DNA of 64,000 nt from NCBI RefSeq assembly GCF_001194135.2, contig NC_069001.1, forward strand, positions 30,060,601 through 30,124,600, written 5' to 3'. This document shows positions 37,893 to 51,131 of this stretch, piece after piece. The notes under the pieces are model-generated. The model searched no databases. It saw only the letters and a list, made by a program, of their open reading frames with translations, and was not told where the DNA came from. The position numbers and the translations under genes were made by a program. How positions within the stretch are numbered: position 1 is the first letter of the stretch; the number at the start of each line of letters is the position of its first letter. The DNA comes from Octopus bimaculoides. Lineage: Eukaryota.

Positions 37893-37989
37893 TGTGTGTG
37901 GATGTAAATACATATGTTTGTGTGTGTATGTGTGTGTCTGTGTGTGTAAATATGTGTGCGTGTAGATACATGACCAAAATTTGTTAAGA

Positions 37990-38938
37990 TCAAGCTACAC
38001 AGCCCAAAGAAATCTAAAGAGGCCAAAGTAGGAACTGATAGTGAAGGCGCATGTCATCCTTGCTGTATTTGACTGATCATTATCCTGATGGAAGAACACC
38101 TTTCCCTTGAAACCAAAGATGCTCGTTTTTCTTCTTGCGCTGATCTAATCCGCTCAAGCTGCTTGCAGTAGATCTCCTTTGTTATCGTTTCGTTTGGGTT
38201 TAAATGTTCAAAGTAGACAAAACCTTTCATAGCCCACCAAACAGATAACAACACCTTATGTAGGTGAAGACCTACTTTACCTTGGGGTGCCGGTGTTTCC
38301 ATTTTGCCTACCCAGACTTCGACACTTGACATTTTTATAGAGAACCCATTTCTCGTCACCAGTTACCATTTGTTCCCAAAAAGTTTTCGTGAGAAGTGAC
38401 AACAAAGAAGAGCACATATTCACTCTGCGTGAGATTAAACTGAGAAAGTTTATGAGAATCTTTTTGACCCAATTTACTGGTTTTTCCCATGATAAGCAGG
38501 TATCAATGACTATTCGAATGACCAAATCCAAGTATCTCTGCTAGTTCCTCAGCAGTTACAATGGGATTTTGTTCTACCAAGGTTTGTATGACGTTCTCGA
38601 CGAGCTCTACAGATCTTCCAGGTTGATGCTCGTTTTCTAGGCTGTAGTCCCCGGCTACAAATTTCTGGAACCACATTTGCCACTGGTTTACATTTATAGT
38701 CCGAACTCAAAGCAAAATATCAAAATATGCCGCATATAGTCCTTTCTCACATTCATTATAGCTTTGAAAAAATAACTGTTGAAATCGATTGTAATCTTCA
38801 AAGTTGCACTACGATTAAGTACAAGCTAAAATTAATACCTGCTTTTATTGCAAGTTGATGCAGGTAGTTTATCCAGTCCGCCTCTGACTTATAGCTTATG
38901 CAGTAGAAAATCTGCATTATTTATGGGATGACCCAATA
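37990..38938 (-). pseudogene. mariner (DD34D-type) transposon relic with 5' TIR
   Basis: TIR TATTGGGTCATCCCATAAATAATGC at 38914-38938. Minus-strand frames give YMRHILIF, WFQKF..GDYSLENE..PGR, MVTGDEKWVLYKN, KVLLSVWWAMKGFVYFEHLNPNETITKEIYCKQLER and HQDN, with frameshifts. The 3' end is missing. Confidence 0.9.
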
Positions 38939-39544
38939 TATATGCACACACACACACACGCACAATATTGGTGTGTGTGTTTTTGTTCGTGTTTGTCCCT
39001 CAACACCGCTTGATAAACGATGATTTATTTACGTTCCCGTAGCTTAAACTTAACGAAGCGGTTCAGCAAAATAGGAAAATCACAATAAATACCTGCCTTT
39101 AAAAAAAATATGTACTTCATACCTTCGAGTAACCCCCTTGAAAGTTGTGCCCCAGAATGGCCGCTGTATAACGACGGACACAAGTGTAAGATAAAAGAGG
39201 GAAGATGAACGATACTGAAGGCAGATACGTTGAATAATCACATAAGTATCCTGATTAGCTTACTTTGGTTAATTAATTTAGGATCATAAGTACTGTTTGA
39301 CTACGTCGGGTCGGTGGGTAGCGTTCAATTAATGATGGCTCTTTCTAATCTGCCACATGGTCAGCTTTTCTAACGATAAACGGATTCATTATTGACATTT
39401 GTAAACCACTTGGAAAAGTCTGTTTATCAATGAAATATTTGTCTGAACGATTTAAATGAAGAGAGAAAAGGAAAGATACACAATTGATGTTCGTCTTTAA
39501 TTCTCTCTTAATGGTCTTCCCGTGGAGAAGTTATTTTTGGGTGT

Positions 39545-41300
39545 TAGGCTCGTGATGCCAATAATGATGATGATGCACATGATGATGATGAAGATGATGA
39601 TGATGATCGTGATCATGATGAGGAAGTGGAAGACGCGGTGGAGGTAGAGCAAGAGGATGATGTTGTTGATCATGATGAGGACTATGATGATTACGACGAC
39701 GATGACAACGACGATGGTGAGGACGATGATGATGATGTGAATGCAGATGTTATGAATGATTAGGATGATGATAAAGGGAATGATGATGATGATGATGATG
39801 ACGTGGTTGTTATGGCTTCTGATGATAGCGAATATTATGTGCATGTTGACAATGATGTTGCTGAAGATGATGACGATGGTGCTAATGATGATAACGATGC
39901 TGATGGCGATGATAATGATGGTGTTATTTCTTGATGATGATGCTGATGATGGGATTAATAATTAGATCAATCAGAAGATTATGGTGAAGAAGGAGGGGAG
40001 AGAGGAGGAAATCGACGCTGTGGTTGAACTTGACAACGATGATATTGATGAAAATGATGACGCTGATAATGATGAGGAGAAGGAGGTGGAGGCAGATGGG
40101 GTTGGCGATGATGATGGTCATGATGTCCATGAGGATAACAAAAAGGATGGTGATGCTGGTAAGGAGGAATAGGACCATTGTGATAGAATGCTAAATGTGA
40201 TGATGACGACGACGATGATGCTGGTGATGATTGCGATTATGATGCTGGTGATGATGATAATGATGTCGGTGATGTTGATGGTGGTGATGGTGTGAACAAA
40301 ATCGAAGATGATGATGTTGAGGATAACCAATAATCTGGCAAATTTTTGTTTCAAAATACCAAAACGAAACAAAAAAAAAAATGAAAGTAATAAATGCAAA
40401 AAAAATAAATACAAATCATAAATAAAACAACGTAAAAATAAAATCATATCTTCAACGAAGCAAAATAAAAAAGTTATTTCGAAAGCGCTGGAAAGTAAGC
40501 AGAGAGGTATGTATGGAACACACATGCAAACTTTAAAATAAATAGCAAATAATAAACAGGAAAATTATGAAATAAAAAGCACAGCAACCGTTAAATACAT
40601 GAATTGTTTTAATAAAATAAATACAGAAATTAATAATAAATATATCAATATTAGATGAATAAATAAATACATAAATAAATAAATAAATGAACGAATAAAT
40701 AAAATGAGGATATTTTTAATTAACAGGAATTTTTTCCTGTGCACATCTGCAAAACCAATTAATTTCCGCATCGTTTTGCCAAGTTTTGAATATTATTGCT
40801 ATGGTGATGGTGATGGCGATGACGATGGTGATGGTGGTGATGTTGTTGGTGGTAGTGATGGGGGCGTTAATGCTATTGGTCATGTCGGCGGCGGTGGTGG
40901 TGGTGGTGGTGGTACGGCTGCTGCTGATGCTCTTGGTGGTATTCGTGGCGGATGATGCTATTTGTGGTGATCTTCTTAATGATGTTGAAGTCGACGACGG
41001 CGATGAGGAAGATTATGATGATGATGATGATGACGACAATGACAACGAGGGGGGTCAGGGTAACGATGAGCGGGAGGAGGAGGATAACGCCGATGATGAG
41101 AGCGATCATAATGCCCCCCACCGGCACGGTTGATGAGTACGAATTCATGGATGAAATGATGACGATTTTAATGGTTATGATGGGGAGGAGAAGGTAGGGT
41201 AGGAGGAGGTAGGGGAGGAGGAGGAAGAGGAAGAGGTGGTGAAGGAAGTGAAGGAGGCGGAGGAGGTTGTCAATGGCGATGATATTGATGATGGTAATGC
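39545..41300. repeat. Large degenerate (GAT/GAC/GGT/GAG)n low-complexity region split by an A-rich spacer at about 40340-40790
   Basis: Directly visible; produces the D/E-, M- and I-rich ORFs in several frames. Confidence 0.9.
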
Positions 41301-41384
41301 TCGCAGTGTGAATTCACATTATTATTGTCTTCGTATTTTAAGTTCTTTTTCTTCTTCGTATTTTAAGTTCTTTTTCTTCTTCGT

Positions 41385-41720
41385 CTTCTTCTTATCATTG
41401 TTGTTGTTGTTATCCTTATTATTTTGCTTCTCAGAGCTGTCGGTCTTACTTGCTCAAGTTGATTCTGCGAAACCGGGCAGAAACCTGTTGTCAAAGGTCT
41501 CACAGGGTCACTTTACGCAAATTATAATCTCCCATACTTGGATGTTAAATTAACTTGGAAGATATCATCACCCAGGCGCTAATCTCACAAGCGTAGCTGT
41601 CCCCAATTGAGCAGTTTTGCGGGGCCCGCTCTGCCCACATGTCAATTCCAAATTCTCCGATATATTTCTCGAACCTGATTGTTAGTGCTCCGCGTGTCAC
41701 AACCTGAATTTCACCTGCTA
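41385..41720 (-). mobile_element. 3' end of R4/Dong-like LINE (end of restriction-like endonuclease, 3' UTR and AAC/AAT tail)
   Basis: Minus strand VVTRGALTIRFEKYIGEFGIDM then KTAQLGTATLVRL, compared with the Dong C-terminus VV.GALG...FEKYI..IGI....QKTALLGTARILR. Followed by AATAATAAGGATAACAACAACAAC. Confidence 0.7.
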
Positions 41721-42039
41721 TCTATGTATGTATTTCACCTGCTGCTGATTTCTGAATACTGGGCTGGTGGTTAGCGCAAGATAGCCCACTTAAACTTTTA
41801 AGATTGCAAAGGCCGCTTTTGATCTTCTCCGACAAAACCCTCTAGAGATGATACCTCGATAGAAATACTGATAGTTTTTATAGCGTATCAGCACTTAACT
41901 CTGTATAGAAATAAAGGATAAAAATACAAACAATGGCGTAAATGAGAAGGCAAGTACTGGTGATGTACATTCGCCCAGCAGGTGCCCTCTGGGTGGGCAG
42001 CACCGGCTTGGTCGTTATTATACAGCTACCAGATCCAAA

Positions 42040-42290
42040 TGAGCTGAGACGATGTATTATTATTACTATACCAGTATACCCAGCACGACCAGCCATCTGA
42101 CTACACATACATCAGGCACATGCATCACAACTACATGTGCGCGTGATGGCGACCTCATATCGAGAGCGCATGACTTTGCAGATGGGGCCCAGTTAGAATT
42201 TTCTTCAGGTAACGTATTTCATTCTGCTCAAGAGGTCCCTGAATAAGGATTGTTTAATGATGTTGAATAGAACATGTGCATATACATGAT
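42040..42290 (-). mobile_element. Second copy of the putative Dong 5'-UTR segment
   Basis: CAGTATACCCA..CAGGCACATGCATCACAAC..TGTGCGC..GCAG.TGGGG.C.AGTTAGAATTTTCTTCA is shared with 27670-27830. Confidence 0.75.
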
Positions 42291-44594
42291 ACCCACCTGA
42301 TAAGAGTACAACAATCACATACAGTACAACCAAATATGATCGACTTGGTCATCTCATATCAATATAAACAGTGCAAATTTAGTGTTGTTGTTAAAAAAAC
42401 CCTTACCATCATCCCTTTCTTCGACGCCCGTATTCAGGATCCTCGTCATCAGCAGCCCCACATTTGGGAAGATTTTTTAGCTCCGAAACATGCATCATTG
42501 GAATAAATTATAATGAAAATCTTTCCAACAGTAATCGGTTCCCTTTTGATTTCTTAACTACAAAATAGACGTTAGGAGATTTAAGGTGATCAACATTTTA
42601 AAATTATTTCTTTTAGGTCGACCGAATAATGGTTTTCTTACTGATAATCAGGGAGAAAAGAACATCTCTCAAAATTTTTATACGAAGCATCCGTACTTTA
42701 ATGTATGGAAGAAGGGAATTAACAACACAGAAGAGATTTGGTCCAAGCGAATATGTTAGCGTTAAGACCGTTAAAGTCAATCAGGAACCAAATGGTTTTA
42801 TTTCATTTCAAAGCAATTTATTAGTTATCTACCAAGTATTCGCAACTGGATGGAACGAAACAAATACGGCACAGATTCTGGTCTGAAATTCGAATAAATA
42901 TGCACCTGCTGCTATTTCGTTTGATCGATCTTGAACAGTGAATTTGATGGAATTTGAACACTAGGATTAAAAGTAAATGTACAATCGTGAATTTGGAACA
43001 TTACAGGAGAAAGACGATTCGCATTCTAGTATGTTTTGTTTAATTGCATCTGCGGCAGTTTTAATTATAAGTGCATTGCTCTCTCACGTCCGTTCGATAT
43101 GTGTGAAACTTTTGTTTGTGGCCACGAGTGAATCAGGAGATACACTTTTCGTTTGGTGAATCTGATAATATTTCAAGCCAAAACTTACTGAAAATTCTTT
43201 TAAAATGATTGGTATTAGATAAGACTCTGAAACATAATGGAACAAATTTCGCAATTCTGAGACAAATTCAATAAATAGGAAACAAAGCCATCTATATGAA
43301 TAATTGATTCTGAAAAGGCAGCGTAGTTTCTTAGGAATAGAATTATTGGAAAGGAAGCAGATTATAATCTTAGTAGCAGAGCAATCGTAAGAATAATGAG
43401 TTAAGGGTTATATAAATAGTTAAACGGAATTCATTCATATATTCTTGTCTTTTGTTATTTGGGAACATATAAATAGTTAGAAAAAAGTGAATGAATAATG
43501 TATGGGATGAAACGTCTGTGTCTCGAAGGGAAATGTTCGTAGTTGTGAGAGATATCTGTGGGAGCAAAAACGAAGACGTAGATGTAAATATTTTGGAAGT
43601 GCAGGTTCATGTTTATGTAGTAATTCTATAGAAATAACATGTGAAAAAATATATTGAAAACGCAAGGATAACTGCATTACGTAATAATAGCTTCTCGTGC
43701 CAACAGAAATTTTAAGATATTTTGCCTATCTATAAATACATTGCGGGAACCCAGTTTGAAGAAATGGAGGTAAACGAACTTAGTAAATGCAGAGTTAAAT
43801 CTAAGTAGTAAACAGATCGTGACAAAACATGTGAAATTTCTAGAATATAGAATCATGACTTCGATGTCATTATAATATAAAGTGAGTATCAGCTTCAAAA
43901 CGAAAAAGCTTAATGATGAGAGAGTACACAATACCACGTCTGATATGCAATTTTCTTGTGGTCACGCAATGGGTTTCATAGCCAGCTAGTGTAAATGAAT
44001 GCATGATAAGCGTGTTGATAAAGAAATGGATACCAGAAATTCATACACGCTATCAGAAAAGAGAAAAAAAAATGTCTATTGCATTTTGTAAACAGAAATT
44101 TCAGAGCGTCAACGAAATGCTTTGACATATTGGTTACGTCACTTCACATTCTGAGTTCAAAATCCGCTTAAAGTTACATCTGCCATTTTAATTTTGGTGG
44201 GTCGAGAGAAAATATGTAATATCTATCGAGTACGACGTCGGTGGATTTGAATGACTTTTTTGCATTAACATTTATCAACCAGTAGCCATTATTTGGACGA
44301 GCTGGCACAAGTTTTAACATATCTGACGAAATTCTTTGTATCATGCATTAGGGGTTTACATTTCCGAGTTTACATGCCACCTAGGTTAAAGTTTTGTATT
44401 TATGTTTTTCATATCGATAACTCCCGGCCGAATATTACGGTCAATATAATCGGCTAACACCACTCGTAGAACTTTCAGATCTTGTGCCCATAACAGAAAC
44501 AATTTAAAGTTAGAAGCAATTCTTTGCTTTGCTCGCAAGACATTGGTAGGAATAACTCAATATACAGTCATTATGGCATTACTTTTCGAGTGAG

Positions 44595-44687
<93 letters not shown>

Positions 44688-45151
44688 TGCATGTATATCT
44701 GTTTGGAGACAACCTTAGCTGAATAGTTAAGACGAACTGCTCGAAATTCCGAGACACTATTTCAGATTCCATTCAGTATTAACTTTCTCATGAGTCATTA
44801 CGATAGCCAATAGTGAAGTTATAATGAGAATATTTAATAGTAAAATGGTGTAGACATGAACTGATAGTCAACAGGTCAAATCTTAGCTGTCACACCGAAA
44901 CAAGTTTAGGAATATGAATAGAAGTTCCGGTATCAACGATATATGGTATGAGACGTTAACTTAACAACTTGAACGTTTGCATGTTGCATGGAATTAATTT
45001 TCATTATTTCCAAACCGTTATTCCTAGTATCCCACTCATTTATTTCGCAGCTTGGAGTCGGCACACAACTCATCTTGGGATATATATGCTACCGAATTTG
45101 TGTACGTACATTTGTTGTATACAAACGTAATGTATGTAGATAGGTAGATAT

Positions 45152-45192
<41 letters not shown>

Positions 45193-45553
45193 NNNNNNNN
45201 NNNNNNNNNNNNNNNNNNNNNNNNNNNNNNNNNNNNNNNNNNNNNNNNNNNNNNNNNNNNNNNNNNNNNNNNNNNNNNNNNNNNNNNNNNNNNNNNNNNN
45301 NNNNNNNNNNNNNNNNNNNNNNNNNNNNNNNNNNNNNNNNNNNNNNNNNNNNNNNNNNNNNNNNNNNNNNNNNNNNNNNNNNNNNNNNNNNNNNNNNNNN
45401 NNNNNNNNNNNNNNNNNNNNNNNNNNNNNNNNNNNNNNNNNNNNNNNNNNNNNNNNNNNNNNNNNNNNNNNNNNNNNNNNNNNNNNNNNNNNNNNNNNNN
45501 NNNNNNNNNNNNNNNNNNNNNNNNNNNNNNNNNNNNNNNNNNNNNNNNNNNNN

Positions 45554-45588
<35 letters not shown>

Positions 45589-45764
45589 ATCAGCAGAAGT
45601 TGCTTCACCAACATACTGAAAATTTAGAAATAGCAGTTAAAACTACTAATTCTAACTACAATGTTTTTTTTATTTTTGCATACTGAACTACTTGGCAAAA
45701 TTGTTGATTATTAATTTATTAATTAATTAACAATTCCCTTCCCTATATCTATATGGATAATCTA

Positions 45765-46110
45765 CTTTCTTGGTTTACACTGAGTCCCCATTGCTTCTTC
45801 TATGTAACCATATAACAATTTGTTGGGCATTCGCTGATCAGATTCCCGCATCTGATGGCAAGTTCAGCGAAATCTGTGTCCATGAGTTTCGGATCAAACT
45901 GCCTCCGTAGCAGCATATTCAACTACTTCAGAATACAGTGCTATGTGCATATATTTGATTTTCAGTGTAGTGCGGAATCAACTCTGATGAAATCGCTCTA
46001 ATAATTTGAAGCGTTTCTTATGTACTACCCATGTCATACATGAGTAAAGAAGTGTCGAAAGTGTACAAGGCATGTACAGTGCACCGTTTGTGTTTTTTGG
46101 TAATATCTCT
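45765..46110 (-). pseudogene. RTE-clade LINE ORF2 C-terminal fragment
   Basis: Minus-strand frames give WVVHKKRFKLLERFHQS*FRTTLKIK, MLLRRQ and DQRMPNKLLYGYIEE..PRK, matching RTE motifs LE.FHQRCLR, ML..RQLRW and R.PK.LLYG. Confidence 0.75.
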
Positions 46111-46147
46111 ACTACTCCAATCCCGTTCTTAGGACTGATGAAATTCT

Positions 46148-46382
46148 TATTTTCTACTGCTCATAAGGCGCTACACACAGAGGGGACAAACAAGGATAGA
46201 CGAACGGATTAAGTCGATTATATCAACCCCAGTGCATAACTGGTGCTTATTTAATCGTCCCCGAAAGGATGAAAGGCAAAGTCGACCTCGGCGGAATTTG
46301 AACTCAGAATGTAGCGGCAGACGAAATACCGCTAAGAATTTCGCCCGGCGTGCTAACGTTTCTGCCAGCTCACCACCTTTCG
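46148..46382 (-). mobile_element. Short tRNA-SINE (family B), well preserved
   Basis: Minus strand GGTGAGCTGGCAGAAACGTTAGCACGCCGGGCG..CTGAGTTCAAATTCCGCCGAGG (A and B boxes). Flanked by direct repeat TGAAATTCT (46139-46147 and 46383-46391). Confidence 0.9.
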
Positions 46383-48040
46383 TGAAATTCTGAGATCCTT
46401 TCTGATGATGGTTTGCTATTTCATCGTATAAAGAGGAAACACGATCCAGCATTATTCTAGACTATATAAATATCTACAGAAAATACAGTTTTCCGTCTTG
46501 AAGTAAGATTTCAGGTTCATAATATGATTTGGAAGCCTGTCTAAAGCTATGGTTAACCCAAACGCCAAACAGGATTAATCAATTTTAAGCATAATTTACT
46601 GCATGTCTCTGAATGGTTTAGCAATTTACGGGCATCTGCACAAAATACATTTCTTATTGGTAGGGTAGGTGGACCCGAGGCTGTAAGATAGAAACAGTTA
46701 CCCAAATTGCAATGCAGAAAGATTGAGCCTAGAACTTTATGATTAGGAAGCCAGCTTCTTATCACAGCCAGAAACACGTGCTTAAAGCATGTGAACATGT
46801 GATAAAGGACTTCTTTTCATCTGGGGACACAACTTTTTTTTTCCCTGGCACTGAAATCTTCAACATCCTATTCTCGTATTCTCTATTCCAGTTCGATTTC
46901 AAAGCTACTCATAAGGTGATTATTTTGGGGCTTTGTTGTAGGTAGTATTTACAGTTTCTTAACTTAGGGTTCTTTATGAATGGCCGCAAGTTTTGTGCCA
47001 ATAATTTACTTACTCTCATTTATCACTAGTTCCTTCCGCAGCTGATTCTCTTTATAATATTGTAAATCCTGTCATATTGAAATTGTTATTCAAATATTGT
47101 TTATTTTTTATATTGCTTTTCACTTGCCAATTCGGTGTTCATTTCGTCTCTCCTTGTTTATTACTTACTGCCTTTTATGATGCTAAGCTGAGTCCTTTTT
47201 TTCCCTGGATGTTTATATGCTTACCTTTCATTCATCGAACGTTTCAGTGACTCTATTGTATCTGCTTGTTTATCAGGTGTTCCACAACCTCCTGTTTCAA
47301 AATTTGTCACTTTTTTTTTCTCCTTAAGATCTTTTTTTATGTGACTTCAGTAAACATGGTGCCGGTGTAATATTTGGCAGATTTGCATACTTCTTCTCAT
47401 GATCCTAAACTATCGTTCGTTCCCAAATGTTAACATGTTTTGATGTGTGACCTTCGAAATTATCTCGTTATGCATGATTTTTCTTTTAGTCACAACTTTT
47501 TCATCTTTCAAGAGCAATATCAATCTATCGCTTATATTTTCTCTTCCGTTAATTTTCACTAGGTTCTCCTTTTAGCCATTTTCCTTTGATCTCTGCCTCT
47601 TTTATATTCGGTTTTGCACATCGTTTGCTTTTATCATACCCTAAAAAAATATCTCCCACAATGCATGTATCTGTGGTATTATTCATATTTCTTTTATATT
47701 ATTCATTTATTTTTTACAATCATATTGTACAACTACTTTACATGGACACAACGTCATTCAATTGACAAACGATTCTAAATTTAAAAATTAAAATTTCATA
47801 CTTCCTCGCAACCCTCTACGTAAATATGATGTTTTCAAGGTTAGGTTCCATTCATTCGATTACAAATTCAAGGCAGTGCCCCAGCCTGGTCGCAATTTAA
47901 TGTCTGAAACAGATAAGAGATAAAAGTGGTAAAGCGATGTAATACTGAATATATTTCTCTCATTTTCTCCTCTTCCTATTCTCATTTGCTATTGTTTCTC
48001 TTCCTGTTCTCATATCTTATTCATATCGCTAATCGTAATA

Positions 48041-48165
48041 CACTAGTGCCTCGATATACGAGTCAAGCTCTTCCCGGAGAACGCTCGTAAAGCGAAAACT
48101 CATAAAGAGAAAGTAAAATTCGTAAACGCTCTTGAAACGGGGTCTCGTAAAGAAAGGTATTACTG
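48041..48165. mobile_element. Short Tigger/pogo-like MITE
   Basis: TA-CACTAGTGCCTCGATATACGAG ... CTCGTAAAGAAAGGTATTACTG-TA: imperfect TIRs (15/22) with TA on both sides. Confidence 0.55.
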
Positions 48166-49718
48166 TACTATTATCTATTCATTTCCATATTTTCTTTCTA
48201 ATACCGTGCACATAAAACTGAGAATACAGTAAAACTTCGAAACGATTTAATAAATACTAAATCTAAATTTTCTATCGGATACCGTGTCTAGTTACTCAAT
48301 GCTATGTACTATATGTAACACAATCAGGCATACACAAACGTATGGCAATACGTGAACGTATTTCTTATACATGTGTATCATATGGGGACAGAAAAGTTTA
48401 CGTGAGTGTATTCAAAAGAGAAAGGGTAAGAGTAAGCTAAGAAAATGACTGTATTTTGAAATGATTGTATTTAATATGCTTTTCTAAATAATTCTCTGTA
48501 CATCGGCACCGGTAGCGTAGCGAAACTATCAAATCCTTTGTACATTGGAGTCGTGATAAATAAAATTCAGAAGAATGAAAGAGGATACACCCAGAGGGCA
48601 TATAGAGATTCATGAAACTGTATATTAACCATCAGCAGAATGCCAATATTAAGTTATATTCCTGTGATTCTGTTTTTCTCTTGCTTATCTAACGTTACCA
48701 AATGAAACTGTAGAAATCGAGAAAGATATTGCTGGCCTGTGATGGCAAGTATTAAGTACACTAACTACATTAAGTGAAATAAATGCGTTTGCCATGATGA
48801 GGAAAGTTGTAAAGAGGCAAAAGTCTATTGTTATGGCATTTCAAATGTAAGGATATAACATCGTGGACACACTCACACTCACATACCACATAATACGTAT
48901 ATGTCTAAATACACACATATGCATATATGTATATGCATATATATATATATATATATATATATGTAAATATATATAAATATATACATATAAATGCTTATAT
49001 ANNNNNNNNNNNNNNNNNNNNNNNNNNNNNNNNNNNNNNNNNNNNNNNNNNNNNNNNNNNNNNNNNNNNNNNNNNNNNNNNNNNNNNNNNNNNNNNNNNN
49101 NNNNNNNNNNNNNNNNNNNNNNNNNNNNNNNNNNNNNNNNNNNNNNNNNNNNNNNNNNNNNNNNNNNNNNNNNNNNNNNNNNNNNNNNNNNNNNNNNNNN
49201 NNNNNNNNNNNNNNNNNNNNNNNNNNNNNNNNNNNNNNNNNNNNNNNNNNNNNNNNNNNNNNNNNNNNNNNNNNNNNNNNNNNNNNNNNNNNNNNNNNNN
49301 NNNNNNNNNNNNNNNNNNNNNNNNNNNNNNNNNNNNNNNNNNNNNNNNNNNNNNNNNNNNNNNNNNNNNNNNNNNNNNNNNNNNNNNNNNNNNNNNNNNN
49401 NNNNNNNNNNNNNNNNNNNNNNNNNNNNNNNNNNNNNNNNNNNNNNNNNNNNNNNNNNNNNNNNNNNNNNNNNNNNNNNNNNNNNTAATAAAACCAGTTT
49501 TCATCTTTCCTTTGCATTTTTCCTCTTATAATTGTCATTTTATTGCTTTGAAACCTATAAAAATTATTTTTGATTGCTTTTTGAGGACTTGAACGGATAG
49601 ATTATATTTTAGTTGATTTCAACAGGGAAAATTTATTTATAAAACGAGTAAATCGTAAAACAAGCTCGGTCATGGAACGAATTAAACTTGTACAAAGAGT
49701 TATTACTGTATATGAATG

Positions 49719-49760
<42 letters not shown>

Positions 49761-50458
49761 CATATATATTTGAATACAAATTAATGAGTCAAAAATGCAT
49801 GTAAGACTCATCTTGAAATTAAATGTATATATAAATGTGTCTGTTTGTGCATCTATTTATGTACGTACGTCTGTTGAGTCACCAGAGGCGGACTCGACAC
49901 AAATGTGAAAATTCATATGATACATTCGAACGTAAAGTCTCAAATATTCTGTACACAGTGTTATTCCTTTCCTTGCATCAGATGGTAAACTGAGTCTGCT
50001 TTTATTTTCAAACATTCACTGTCAGAATATTTTTACAAACAGTAAATTTGTTTTCAAATATGTAAAGAAAGCTGGAAGAAAACACTTATCATCATGTCGT
50101 TTTGTTTTAAAGACTTTGTGAATTACATGTGCAAAAACAGTTGCCTTCAGCTCACGTTTTTTTTATTTCATTTCAGATTCTCGTATTTATATAAGCATTT
50201 TGAACATCATACAAAATACCGTTGTTGTTTGATAATGTATTACAGTAACAGCTTTTTCTAATACTTTCAGTTGGTTTCTAAGAACATTGCGTTCGTATGT
50301 GCGTGTTCATTTTGCATACGACCTACAGACGCATACATATGCTCTACGGATACATTTTATTTATGTCTCTCTCTGTCTGTATGATGTGTATATATATGTA
50401 CATATATATATATATGTGTATATATATGTACATATATATATATGTGTGTGTATATATA

Positions 50459-50513
<55 letters not shown>

Positions 50514-50629
50514 ATACAACATTCATTTGATCATACATACGTTCTCTTAGAACATATTGTTATTTCGACACCATTTTTGAATTTAATGGACATATTGCAA
50601 TATTGCTCGAGCCGACCTAGTAATGTGAA

Positions 50630-50880
50630 AGCGCATGGCTTAGTGGGTAGGGCGTCGGGCTCACAATCATGAGATCGGATTGTGTTCTTGAGCAAGATAT
50701 TTTATTTCACTTTGCTGCAGTTCACTCGGGTTTAGAAATAAGTTACGATGTCACTGGTTCCTAGCTGCATCAGCCTTTGCATTTTCTCCTGGATAGCATC
50801 GGTGATGTGGAGAGGCTGATGTGTATGGACGACTACTGGTGTTCCATAAACAACCTACCAGGATTTGTCCTTCGGTGAAG
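50630..50880 (+). mobile_element. tRNA-derived SINE of a further family, decayed
   Basis: TGGCTTAGTGGGTAGGGCGTCGGGCTCACAATC head, then TTGAGCAAGATATTTTATTTCACTTTGCTGCAGTTCACTC core-like segment. Confidence 0.6.
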
Positions 50881-51131
50881 TCCTTATACTTTATTAATGT
50901 CTAAAAGAAGAATGAATTTGTAAATGTGATTTTCTTTCTTACATAAAATATAAATACAACAGGGATCATACGTTTGTTTCTGTCTTAAGGTTATTTATAA
51001 TGAAAATCATCTCAACAGGATATAATACATGTTAAAAAGATTGAATGCAGAAATGCGATTAGATTAATCGCATGGCTAAAAGAGTAATATGGATCCGGAA
51101 ACTATAATTTATTTATTTATTTATTTATTTA

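Noticed and set aside
42405-42505. Minus-strand peptide MHVSELKNLPKCGAADDEDPEYGRRRKG resembling an MMP cysteine switch plus furin site
   Set aside because: A stop follows immediately, the nearby donor is out of frame, there is no acceptor giving an open exon, and no other MMP exons are seen.
43495-43790. VWDETSVSRREMF..RDIC and ILPI, reminiscent of Helitron Pif1 helicase motifs
   Set aside because: Similarity is too weak and fragmentary to call without a profile search.
48565-48760. Short peptides TPRGHIEIH (PH-like) and RKILLACDG (USP/PP2C-like)
   Set aside because: Motifs of this length arise by chance, and the splice signals are weak.
1659-50672. Many ORF-track entries rich in YI, CV, HT or X
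   Set aside because: They are translations of (TA)n, (TG)n, (CA)n microsatellites and N-gaps, not genes.
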